Source of the DNA: an uncultured Thermoplasmata archaeon
GTDB lineage: Archaea > Thermoplasmatota > Thermoplasmata > UBA10834
DNA: 64,000 nucleotides
NCBI GenBank assembly: GCA_963748615.1
Contig: CAVVJQ010000003.1
Coordinates: 304,599-368,598, forward strand
Direction of reading: 5' to 3'
Part shown: in pieces, positions 21,206 to 29,937 of the stretch
Layout: each line of letters begins with the position of its first letter
Position numbering within the stretch: the stretch's first letter is position 1
The notes under the pieces: generated by a model
Seen by the model: only the letters and a program-made list of their open reading frames with translations
Database searches by the model: none
Told to the model about the DNA's origin: nothing
Made by a program: the position numbers and the translations under genes

Positions 21206-21385
21206 CTTTCGCTACGGAAGTAAGCCCTACAAATCCGTCAGCCTATTAAAACTTACGGTTATACTGTCCGCACTGCCAGCATTCCAGGTTGCCGCTCCGG
21301 GGACAATTTTCTCAAGGGGCCTTGATCTTCCGGACGACGGGAAGCATCCAAGGGTATAAACCGTTTCTGCCTGGGATCTTAACGG

Positions 21386-21967
21386 TCAAGACCTACCTCT
21401 CGATTCCCCCAGCACCAGGGCGGACGATATCAGATGGGCTATCCTGAGCGGTTCTGGGAGGGCTCCTCTCACGGTCGTCTGGCGCACCAGCTCCTCGAAC
21501 TCGGACCATTCAAGACCGACCCCGCACGCGAACAGGGGCTTGTGTTCCGTCCGTATCTGCCTCAGATCCAGCCGGGTCATCAGTCCGAGTCGGTCCTTCC
21601 AGTCGGTGAAATGCTTCTTCAGGGCAGATTCGATCTCCTTGAAATCGGGTCTGTCCCGTGTGACCGTTAGCACAGGGACCGATGTGCTCTCGTGCAACCG
21701 TCCCACATCGACCACGTTGAATCCAGCGAGCGCGATGCCGTCGATCATGACCGCTTTGATCTGGTCCTTGTATCTCGACCCGAGGATCAGCTCGATCAAT
21801 CGATCGGTGGAATCCGAGCCATCGACCTTGGCACGGGTCCTCATGACAGCTTCAAGATAGTTCGGCGTCCTTACGAGGGCTCCGACCACCAGTGAGTCGT
21901 CATCCTCGAACTTGAAAGGAGAGTCGTCTATGCCCAGTATCCTGATCTGTCGCTTCATCTCACTCAC
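21386..21967 (-). CDS. UPF0215/DUF99 family protein
   Basis: N-terminal IRILGIDDSPF motif is typical of DUF99. Confidence 0.65.
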   Translation of the reverse strand: MSEMKRQIRILGIDDSPFKFEDDDSLVVGALVRTPNYLEAVMRTRAKVDGSDSTDRLIELILGSRYKDQIKAVMIDGIALAGFNVVDVGRLHESTSVPVLTVTRDRPDFKEIESALKKHFTDWKDRLGLMTRLDLRQIRTEHKPLFACGVGLEWSEFEELVRQTTVRGALPEPLRIAHLISSALVLGESRGRS

Positions 21968-22338
21968 GCGAGCGGAAGGGAACCTGTGATCGAATCGACA
22001 AGTCCATCCGGCCCCGGGCCGATACCCAGGCAGGTGGTCGTGTTGGAAGGCAGCTCGGTCAGACCAGCGTCTGTGATAAGACTGTGTGGAAGTCCTGCCC
22101 TTGCAGCCTTCTCGTTCAATTCGAAGAGCTCAGCCAAGGTCTTCACCCGTACGACCACTTTCTTCTGGCCCTCTTTGTACCACGAATGGAACCATCCGGA
22201 ATTCTTGGCCTTAGCCTGCAGGGAGCACGAGACAGCTGCGTGCGCCACCTGGGCAGCCAGCTTTCCCACGGACATCTTCAGGTCGTCCCGGACCACGATG
22301 ACCAGCTTGTACTCTAGATCTCCCTTTCGCACAGCCAA
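21964..22338 (-). CDS. pth2: peptidyl-tRNA hydrolase (archaeal Pth2)
   Basis: KLAAQVAHAAV... the Pth2 family core. ~124 aa. Confidence 0.8.
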   Translation of the reverse strand: MAVRKGDLEYKLVIVVRDDLKMSVGKLAAQVAHAAVSCSLQAKAKNSGWFHSWYKEGQKKVVVRVKTLAELFELNEKAARAGLPHSLITDAGLTELPSNTTTCLGIGPGPDGLVDSITGSLPLA

Positions 22339-22908
22339 TCACTTCGCCTCCCGGTCCATCCGGTCGAGCGACTCGTTGACCTTCTCGATCCGAACCCTCA
22401 GCTCGTCTATCCTCCTCTGGTAGTAGAGGCTCTTGTTAGGATTTGAAGTCGACGACCGAGCGGCATATTTCTCGACCGTACGCACCAGATCGTCCCGCTC
22501 TATCAACAGCTTCTCGGCCTCTCTCTTCTTCCCCGGGAATGCGGACCTCATGCCGAAGGCCTTCTGAGGGGGAGGCGGTCGGTAGAGACTGGGATGCGCG
22601 AGTCCCATGGAGGGATACGCCCCTCTGAACCACCCACCCGCTAGGAAAATGCCGGTGAGCGACAGGAGGCTGATCCACAGCGGTACAGCGGTGACATATC
22701 CTTCCTCATCGGTACTCATGGCGTTGAGCACGAACCCCACGAAGATGGCGATCACGATACTCAGTCCCATGCCCAATGCGACCCTGTAAACGACATCGTA
22801 TTCAGGGTCGAGCTCGCCCCTCCTGGGAAAGAGCATGCATACGAGCGTGTAGCCCGGAAGGAAGAATACTATCAATATCCCCGCGAACGCCTGCAACAGA
22901 CCGCTCAT
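22339..22908 (-). CDS. membrane protein (DUF1616-like), C-terminal coiled coil
   Basis: Three to four N-terminal TM helices. Pro-rich linker. C-terminal charged helix. Confidence 0.45.
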   Translation of the reverse strand: MSGLLQAFAGILIVFFLPGYTLVCMLFPRRGELDPEYDVVYRVALGMGLSIVIAIFVGFVLNAMSTDEEGYVTAVPLWISLLSLTGIFLAGGWFRGAYPSMGLAHPSLYRPPPPQKAFGMRSAFPGKKREAEKLLIERDDLVRTVEKYAARSSTSNPNKSLYYQRRIDELRVRIEKVNESLDRMDREAK

Positions 22909-23018
22909 CTTGCTCCAGGCGAGTGCAGAAGAAGGAGCATATTTAATTGTTTTCTGGGTGGGGATGCGCCGATGGTTGTGAAACCATAATATCCACCCTC
23001 ACGTTACATCCGGTTGAA

Positions 23019-24968
23019 ATGTTCGAACTGAAGCACAGGGATGGGCTCGCCCGGGTATGCGAGCTCACCACTAAGCACGGCAAGGTGACCACCCCCGCAC
23101 TGCTACCGGTGGTGAACCCGAACCAGTTGACCATCAAACCCGTAGATATGAGGGAGAGGTTCGGGGCCGAGATACTGATAACCAATTCATACATCATCAA
23201 TAAGGATCCCAACCTGAGGGAGCGCGCATTGAAGGAAGGACTGCATAAGCTCCTTGGATTCGATGGGTCCATCATGACCGACAGCGGGACCTTCCAGAGC
23301 TACGTCTACGGAGATGTCGATGTCGGCCATCGGGAGATCGTGGAGTTCCAATCGGCGATAGGTTCGGACATCGGGACGATACTGGATGTCTTCTCAGAGC
23401 CGACATTCTCGAGGGAGCAGACGGAAGATGCGGTCAATGTGACCCTCAGCCGGGCAGAGGACTCTGTCTCCTTGAAGGGGAACATGCTCTTGGCGGGCCC
23501 GGTGCAGGGAGGGACATACCAGGACCTGAGAGAGGAGTGCGCTAAGAAGCTGTCCGCAATGGACTTCGATGTGCACCCGATCGGAGGCGTGGTCCCGTTA
23601 TTGGAGAACTACAGGTACACCGATATCGTTGAGATCATAATCGCATCGAAGAAGGGGCTCAACCCATCCAGACCGGTCCACCTGTTCGGTGCTGGACATC
23701 CGATGATCTTCCCGCTCGCAGCGCTTCTAGGCTGCGACATGTTCGATTCTGCGTCCTATGCGAAGTACGCGAGGGAGGAGCGGATGATGTACCCTACGGG
23801 AACGCGGTTCCTGAGGGAGATGCACGACCTCGCATGCGATTGTCCGGTCTGCTCCAAGACATCCATAAAGGAACTGACCCAGATGCCGATGGAAGAGCGT
23901 ACGAAGAAGCTCGCGGAGCACAACCTATCCGTCAGTCTGAGTGAGATCAAGAAGGTCAGGAACGCGATCCATGATGGAGCCATATGGGAGATGGTCGAGA
24001 TGCGTGCGAGAGCCCATCCATCACTCCTGTCAGCCCTCAAGATACTCAAGAAGCATTCGAAGTACCTCGAAGTATTCGAGCCGACCAGCAGGAGGGGGGC
24101 GTTCTTCTACTGCGGACCAGAGAGCTACGACAGACCTGTGGTAGAGAGATACAGGGAGAGGTTCTTCACTCGATACAGGAAGCCTGATGCAAAGGTGCTC
24201 GTCGGGTTCGAAGAGTCTGGGAAACCATATGGCAGGAACTACGCGAACGAGATCGCTAGCATCTCCGCGAAGGCAGATGCGAATTTCATTGTCGCATCGT
24301 TCTTCGGTCCTGCGCCCATAGAGCTGGACGAGTTCTATCCCATCGCACAATCCGTGGTCCCAGACGACCTCGATCAGGAGGTGAGGGAGAAGATGAGAAA
24401 CACGATGGAGAGGCACGCTCACCAACACGGCTATCCTCTGGCAGTCATGTGGGACGGACAGGAGACCCTGGACTTCCTAGAGGAGATCGCCCCTGGAAAG
24501 GGGGGCTTCGACTTGGACCTGCTCCGTGTCAAGGCGGTGCTGGACATGCAATTCGGCAGAGGAGCCTCAGATATCCTATGCGGCAAGAAGGTCGAGTTCG
24601 TCAAATCCAAGAACACTGGCAAGATCCGGAACGTCATCATAGATGGCATCCACGCATTCTCCATGAGGGCACATGACGGAAGGCTCACGCCCAAGATGGA
24701 GGGGGCGAAGATGCTGATGGATATACTCCCACCTCCTGCGATGAGGGTGGTCGTGGAGGATGAGCCTGCGACTTTCGCGGAGAAAGGGAACAACGTCTTC
24801 GCAAAATTCGTCGTGGACTGTGACCCGGACATAAGGATCAAGGATTCCGTCTTCGTCGTTAACACGAAGGACGAATTGGCCGCGGTCGGCAGAGCGCTCA
24901 TGGTAAGAGACGAGATGCTGGCATTCAAGAGAGGCATCGCAGTCCGCGTGAAGGAATCCGTCGACTAA
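23019..24968 (+). CDS. tgtA: archaeosine tRNA-guanine transglycosylase (ArcTGT) with C-terminal PUA region
   Basis: N-terminus MFELKHRDGLARVCELTTKHGKVTTPALLPVVNP is the TGT fold. Zn-binding CDCPVCS. Long C-terminal extension typical of ArcTGT. Confidence 0.85.
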   Translation: MFELKHRDGLARVCELTTKHGKVTTPALLPVVNPNQLTIKPVDMRERFGAEILITNSYIINKDPNLRERALKEGLHKLLGFDGSIMTDSGTFQSYVYGDVDVGHREIVEFQSAIGSDIGTILDVFSEPTFSREQTEDAVNVTLSRAEDSVSLKGNMLLAGPVQGGTYQDLREECAKKLSAMDFDVHPIGGVVPLLENYRYTDIVEIIIASKKGLNPSRPVHLFGAGHPMIFPLAALLGCDMFDSASYAKYAREERMMYPTGTRFLREMHDLACDCPVCSKTSIKELTQMPMEERTKKLAEHNLSVSLSEIKKVRNAIHDGAIWEMVEMRARAHPSLLSALKILKKHSKYLEVFEPTSRRGAFFYCGPESYDRPVVERYRERFFTRYRKPDAKVLVGFEESGKPYGRNYANEIASISAKADANFIVASFFGPAPIELDEFYPIAQSVVPDDLDQEVREKMRNTMERHAHQHGYPLAVMWDGQETLDFLEEIAPGKGGFDLDLLRVKAVLDMQFGRGASDILCGKKVEFVKSKNTGKIRNVIIDGIHAFSMRAHDGRLTPKMEGAKMLMDILPPPAMRVVVEDEPATFAEKGNNVFAKFVVDCDPDIRIKDSVFVVNTKDELAAVGRALMVRDEMLAFKRGIAVRVKESVD

Positions 24969-25225
24969 TGCTTCCGTGACACTATCTTCTCGGCGACGCT
25001 TATGCACGACATGAAATCATCGAGCGTATGCAGGGCGCTCTTCAGCGACCCCGCGGTTATCTTGGCTCTTATGACCTCACCGCAGACCTCGGACTCGAGA
25101 TAGCCTTCGTTGTCCTGCTCGACCGACTTGTGGACCTTGACCGCCTCGCTCTCGGACCTGAACCTCAGTTCGAGCGTGCATATGACCTGGGGGCATTCAT
25201 CCTGGTCGACCATGTGTTCAATCAT
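24965..25225 (-). CDS. KEOPS complex subunit Pcc1-like
   Basis: 86-aa protein. The C-terminal SLKSALHTLDDFMSCISVAEKI matches the Pcc1 consensus (...slrAslnsylrwi...). Confidence 0.55.
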   Translation of the reverse strand: MIEHMVDQDECPQVICTLELRFRSESEAVKVHKSVEQDNEGYLESEVCGEVIRAKITAGSLKSALHTLDDFMSCISVAEKIVSRKH

Positions 25226-25231
25226 CCACGG

Positions 25232-25257
25232 CCGACAAAGTACTTAGAAGTTGTCGG
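25232..25257. promoter_or_regulatory. 7-bp inverted repeat (ccgacaa-N12-ttgtcgg) in divergent Pcc1/nitroreductase promoter region
   Basis: Perfect inverted repeat seen directly in sequence. Position is consistent with a regulator binding site. Confidence 0.3.
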
Positions 25258-25283
25258 TGATGACTTATGGTTAGGGTGACCAC

Positions 25284-25802
25284 GTGGATGTTGTCGAGTG
25301 CATCGAAGGGAGGAGGAGCATAAGAGAGTTCGGACCGGACCCGGTTGATGAAAGCACCATCATTGAGGGGCTGAGACTGGCCAACCAAGCTCCTTCCGCG
25401 GGCAATCTACAGGCACGGGACTTCATCATCGTAAAAGACTCGAAAACAAAGAAGAGGCTGATGGAGGCGTCGCACGGGCAGGAATATGTTTGGAAGGCGC
25501 CGGTAGTCGTCGTGTTCTGCGCCAATCTCGAAAGGATAGCGCATTACGGCCAGAGAGGTCGCGAACTGTATTGTCTGCAGGATGTCGCTGCAGCTGTGGA
25601 GAACTTATCATTGTACCTTCACAGCAAAGGACTGGGAAGCGTCTGGGTAGGAGCGTTCGATGAAGATGCGGTGTCATCGGTGCTCGGTCTGCCAACCCAT
25701 GCGAGACCTGTTGCGATGATGCCAATCGGATACCCCGTGGACAAAGGCATCATGAGAAAACGGCTCTCACTCGAGGAGATCGTGCACAGAGAGAGATGGT
25801 GA
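25284..25802 (+). CDS. nitroreductase-family protein
   Basis: Conserved RRSIREF, ...PSAGNLQ... and C-terminal FMN-binding region. GTG start. Confidence 0.75.
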   Translation: MDVVECIEGRRSIREFGPDPVDESTIIEGLRLANQAPSAGNLQARDFIIVKDSKTKKRLMEASHGQEYVWKAPVVVVFCANLERIAHYGQRGRELYCLQDVAAAVENLSLYLHSKGLGSVWVGAFDEDAVSSVLGLPTHARPVAMMPIGYPVDKGIMRKRLSLEEIVHRERW

Positions 25803-26041
25803 CCGCAGTGGATTGGAAGGTAGATAGGACGATGGCCGCATGGGGGATCGCATTCGGGATCCTCGCCATACTCACGGGAGCGTTCCTGTTGAGTGCGGTG
25901 GAAGGCGGTTTCATCGCAGAGGGATTCTTCCTCATAGTCATCTCATGGGTCATCGTCCTGGTTGCGGTGGCGAAGTTTTTCCAGGTGGTCGGAAGATGGT
26001 CCAAGGGGGAAGGCCTGAGGAGGAAGAAGGAGGAGTGGTAG
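25796..26041 (+). CDS. small membrane protein (2 TM helices)
   Basis: 81-aa protein with two hydrophobic helices and a basic C-terminus. Overlaps the nitroreductase stop by 7 nt. Confidence 0.35.
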   Translation: MVTAVDWKVDRTMAAWGIAFGILAILTGAFLLSAVEGGFIAEGFFLIVISWVIVLVAVAKFFQVVGRWSKGEGLRRKKEEW

Positions 26042-26111
26042 CCCCGGGAGGATTCGAACCTCCGTCGCAGGCTCCAAAGGCCCGCATGATTGACCACTAC
26101 ACTACGGGGCT
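26039..26111 (-). tRNA. tRNA-Gln (anticodon UUG)
   Basis: Acceptor AGCCCCG/CGGGGCT. D-arm GTAGTGG. Anticodon stem CGGGC/GCCTG with loop CTTTGGA. T-arm GGAGG-TTCGAAT-CCTCC. Discriminator A. 3' CCA is encoded. Confidence 0.75.
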
Positions 26112-26181
26112 GTTGCGTTCCGTGCGGCTACATTGCAGCCTTTCCATATTAACCGTTTCCAAAGAACTTGAAAGCCGGCTC

Positions 26182-27069
26182 TCACTTTCTCGAGATTATT
26201 ATGACGCCGACGGCGGTCAACGCGCCACCCATGCCAGATACCCATCCTATCGTTTCACCGAGCAACATCCAAGCGAAGACGATCGTCACGATCGGCATGA
26301 AGTACATGGAAGCTCCAGTGACGGACGCGGCCAATCCTGTCAGCGCCCTGAACCAGAGCACATACCCGATCACAGTGCACAGTACTCCGACATAGAGCGC
26401 AGCCACGAAGAAGCTGAGGGGGAATGCCTGGACCGTGAGCACGGCATCTGTTACGGCGAACGGCACCATCATGATCGTGCCGATTATCGTGATATAGGCA
26501 GTGCTTGCGATGGGATCGTACTTCTTCACGATCTTCTTGCCCTCGACCGTGTAAACCGCCCAGAAGAAAGCGCATATGACCTGCAGCAACCCGCCGACGA
26601 TCACCTGCCATTCGGATATGAAGGATATGGACCCGTTGGTGATGACCAACACGGAGCCGCATGCGGCGATGGCGAGTCCGATCTTCTCTTCGCCGGAAAT
26701 CTTCTCGCCCAGACGTCGAGCGGAAAGCACGAAGATCATCACAGGGCATAACAGAAACACCAGGATGGATGATATCGAGGCACCTGCGAGACCGATGCCG
26801 ATGTACTGCAGTATGAAGTATATGCCGACGCCAATGAACGCCAGCATCAGGAAGCTCCTCCGATCCTCCCTGTCAACACCGCTCGGACGTCTCATGAGAA
26901 GATATGCCCCGAAGATAAGGGATGCCACAACGAACCTGGCCATCGAGAGCATTACAGGCGAAGAACCATCCTTGATGGCGACATCGACGAATACGAAGGC
27001 GCTACCCCAGATGATGGCCGTCACTGCCAGAAGGATGAACAGGAAGGTCTTTCGCTGCATCGTCGTCAC
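26182..27069 (-). CDS. EamA/DMT superfamily transporter
   Basis: 295-aa protein with 10 TM helices and duplicated EamA-like halves. Confidence 0.8.
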   Translation of the reverse strand: MTTMQRKTFLFILLAVTAIIWGSAFVFVDVAIKDGSSPVMLSMARFVVASLIFGAYLLMRRPSGVDREDRRSFLMLAFIGVGIYFILQYIGIGLAGASISSILVFLLCPVMIFVLSARRLGEKISGEEKIGLAIAACGSVLVITNGSISFISEWQVIVGGLLQVICAFFWAVYTVEGKKIVKKYDPIASTAYITIIGTIMMVPFAVTDAVLTVQAFPLSFFVAALYVGVLCTVIGYVLWFRALTGLAASVTGASMYFMPIVTIVFAWMLLGETIGWVSGMGGALTAVGVIIISRK

Positions 27070-27167
27070 TCCCTCGGTTCCGCGGTGTTGATGGTGAAGC
27101 CATACACCACTAGGTACGCTTTCATCTGATTCCTTGCATCATTATCCAGTATTATTCACTTTCCACA

Positions 27168-27452
27168 GTGATTGGGTGTGATTCCGATGAAGATAGCTTC
27201 ATATGCAACAAAGCCGCTCGTTATATTCTGATAATCATGTCGTCCACCAAGGATGCGAAGAAGTACTCATCGGAGATGAACAATTACCGAGCATCCACGA
27301 AGAAGTTGGCAAAGGCCGCCAAGCTCAGGGCGAAATCAGCTAGGCTCAGGGAGCAGGTGGCCCGTTACGATGCCAAGATAAGGAATCTACAGAAGAAGAT
27401 CTCCGAGCTCGAGAGAAGGGCGAATCAGATAGCTGGCCCACCCGGAAAGTGA
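27168..27452 (+). CDS. small basic coiled-coil protein (hypothetical); likely start at Met-24 (27237)
   Basis: Lys/Arg-rich heptad sequence KKLAKAAKLRAKSARLREQVARYDAKIRNLQKKISELERR. Sits in a locally low-GC (~45%) segment. Overlaps the next ORF by ATGA. Confidence 0.4.
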   Translation: MIGCDSDEDSFICNKAARYILIIMSSTKDAKKYSSEMNNYRASTKKLAKAAKLRAKSARLREQVARYDAKIRNLQKKISELERRANQIAGPPGK

Positions 27453-27862
27453 CCGATCCCATATCAGCAACATATATATACGATGAAATAGATATTGTCA
27501 GACAATCGTCATACACGGGATGGGATGTTGAATTGAAGAGGAAGCTCGCTGTGCCCCTCGCGATCCAGAAAATCGAGGCCCACAACGGAAACACGATGTC
27601 TAGAACCAGGACACTGAGAATGCCTCAAGATGACCCGAAAGGTTTCGATATCCTCTCGAAGCTGGCGGAGAACCGCATGAGGATAAACCAACTGCACACG
27701 GAGATCGATCTACTGCCAGGGAAGGTCGATTGCCTGGATGTGATAAACGAGCTGGACTACCTCAAGGCGAACATAGAACTCAGCCTCTTGGAGATAGGGG
27801 CAGGCATAGAAGCTACACCGAGTTCAGAAGAGATCCTGTTCCAAGAAGCAGCCTTCGCCTGA
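27449..27862 (+). CDS. hypothetical acidic protein (137 aa)
   Basis: Translationally coupled to the upstream small ORF (ATGA overlap). No recognisable domain. Confidence 0.4.
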   Translation: MTDPISATYIYDEIDIVRQSSYTGWDVELKRKLAVPLAIQKIEAHNGNTMSRTRTLRMPQDDPKGFDILSKLAENRMRINQLHTEIDLLPGKVDCLDVINELDYLKANIELSLLEIGAGIEATPSSEEILFQEAAFA

Positions 27863-27984
27863 GAATTCGGATGTAGGCCGCTTTAGAAACCCCTTCTTGA
27901 CATCATTCTGAGTCGATTTGATGATTTTCGAGCGCACCATTTAAGTGTGATTCCGACACTCCTGGCCCAAGGAGTCGAGCGCGG

Positions 27985-28950
27985 ATGAATGCAATCAAAC
28001 CAGCTAAATTGACAGAGGGCGCGACCATCGGCATAGTGTCTCCATCGGGCTTCTCAGAACCGTTCGGCCTCGGACAAGCCATCAACTATCTGAAGAGCCT
28101 CGACTACAAGGTCGTGCTCGGGGAGTGCACCAAGAACATCACGCGAAGGGGCTTCAGCTCTGGAAGGGATGAGCAGAGGGCGGATGAGCTTGTCAGCATG
28201 TTCGCGAACGAGGATGTGGATGCGATATTCGCCTCGCGAGGTGGCTATGGCGCGATGCGCATCCTCGACCTGATAGATTTCGATATCATCAAGAGCAACC
28301 CCAAAATATTCCTCGGATACAGCGACATCACTACGCTGCACATAGCAATCCATCAACGCACGGGCCTCGTCACATTCCATGGCCCTTCAATCGAGGGATA
28401 TGCCGGGGACAACCCGGAGAAGGACCCAGCGACAGGAAAGGAGAACATCGATCGAGCATTGGGATTACTCTCTCGCGCGGAGCCTTGGGGGAGGATAGAT
28501 AATCCTCCGAACGGAATGTTGTTGAGGACCGTCGTTCCCGGGAAGGCCAGCGGCAAGATAGTGGGAGGCAACCTCTCGATGATCGTGCATACACTGGGAA
28601 CGGAAGACTCGATCGATACTAACGAGAAGATACTCTTCCTCGAAGATGTCTACGTCTCAGAATATGATATAGATAGGCTGCTGGTGCACATGCACCTTGC
28701 CAGAAAACTCCAGGATACCGCAGGGATCATCTTCGGCCAGATATCCAGCTTCCATAAGAGGGATCTGCCTGGACCGAGCTTGGAGGAAGTCATACAGGAT
28801 ACGATCGGTCGCCTCGATGGCATCCCATCATACTCTGGTCTTTGCTGTGGTCATGGAACCATGAAGGTCGTTATTCCCGAAGGCGTGAGAGCTTCGATGG
28901 ATGCGACCGACCCATCCTTGGTCATCGAAGAGAGTCCGCTCAAGGAGTGA
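27985..28950 (+). CDS. LD-carboxypeptidase (peptidase S66, MccF/LdcA-like)
   Basis: Ser nucleophile context GYSDIT and a C-terminal catalytic His/Glu region. 321 aa is the family length. Confidence 0.8.
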   Translation: MNAIKPAKLTEGATIGIVSPSGFSEPFGLGQAINYLKSLDYKVVLGECTKNITRRGFSSGRDEQRADELVSMFANEDVDAIFASRGGYGAMRILDLIDFDIIKSNPKIFLGYSDITTLHIAIHQRTGLVTFHGPSIEGYAGDNPEKDPATGKENIDRALGLLSRAEPWGRIDNPPNGMLLRTVVPGKASGKIVGGNLSMIVHTLGTEDSIDTNEKILFLEDVYVSEYDIDRLLVHMHLARKLQDTAGIIFGQISSFHKRDLPGPSLEEVIQDTIGRLDGIPSYSGLCCGHGTMKVVIPEGVRASMDATDPSLVIEESPLKE

Positions 28951-28955
28951 TAGCC

Positions 28956-29381
28956 ATGAGATCCTCTAAGGAGGGGGTCGACCACGCAGTGGACTGTTGG
29001 AACAGAGGATGCAACTGCGCAGAATCAACCCTCAGTGGAGTCTGTCATGCACTTGATATAGAGCTCAGCGTGCAGTGCCTCAGAATGGCCACGCCGTTCG
29101 GAGGAGGGATAGGACGTTCAGAAGATATCTGCGGCGCGATGACTGGTGCGCTGCTAGCGATAGGTGCTGCGCGTGGAAGATCCGATCCCAAAGATGATAA
29201 GTCGAGGAGCTACGGACCCGCTGGAGAGTTCTATAAGAGATTCGTCGAGGAGTTCGAATCATCCAAATGCAGGGAGCTCAACAATAGCGACTTCACGACC
29301 CCGAATCACAGAGATAGATGCACGAAATACGTCATTGGAGCGACACGATTGGCAATCAACATACTCGGAAATGAACGATGA
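28956..29381 (+). CDS. C_GCAxxG_C_C family redox-active protein
   Basis: Motifs CNCAESTLSGV, EDICGAMTGA and a C-terminal Cys pair. Start set at MRSSKEG, 6 nt after the upstream stop. Confidence 0.7.
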   Translation: MRSSKEGVDHAVDCWNRGCNCAESTLSGVCHALDIELSVQCLRMATPFGGGIGRSEDICGAMTGALLAIGAARGRSDPKDDKSRSYGPAGEFYKRFVEEFESSKCRELNNSDFTTPNHRDRCTKYVIGATRLAINILGNER

Positions 29382-29478
29382 TAGACCTTTCGAACAATGT
29401 ACCTGTGCCAGACGGATTTCAGAAAACGTATAAATATTGACCCATATATACATCAACAGCTCCGGGATGGGATGGTAG

Positions 29479-29808
29479 TTGGAGTCTATATCGAAACTTG
29501 ACGAGCCGATTGTGGACAGACATACGGAAGTTCTAGGACACCCAGCGAAGAGACGCAAGAATACTCTGGGACCATCGTTCTTCACCCTCAGCGGAGGGAT
29601 TCTCAGACGCGAACATAGGACATCCAACAGGATAGATTCGATGCTATCCATGATGATCGAGACGTCCCAGGAAGAGAGCGCCTCCCCCCATGTGGACAAG
29701 AACCTGGACTACCTCCACACAAGCCTGCAGCTGGACATGATCTCCATGGTGGCGCTCGATTTCAGCCCGCTCGATGATGAGGACATAATCGACAGAGAAG
29801 GGATCTGA
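29479..29808 (+). CDS. hypothetical protein
   Basis: 109-aa ORF in an otherwise non-coding-looking 550-bp gap. No domain recognised. Confidence 0.2.
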   Translation: MESISKLDEPIVDRHTEVLGHPAKRRKNTLGPSFFTLSGGILRREHRTSNRIDSMLSMMIETSQEESASPHVDKNLDYLHTSLQLDMISMVALDFSPLDDEDIIDREGI

Positions 29809-29937
29809 AGCTCTTTTTTCCCCCACCCCCATGATTTGCCTTGCATGTTCTTTTCGATGAGCGGGAGCTCCGCCTAGAAACAAGAAAAATGAAAACCATT
29901 GAAAAGGTTTCTGGGAAATGGTTTCGACCTTCGTCCT

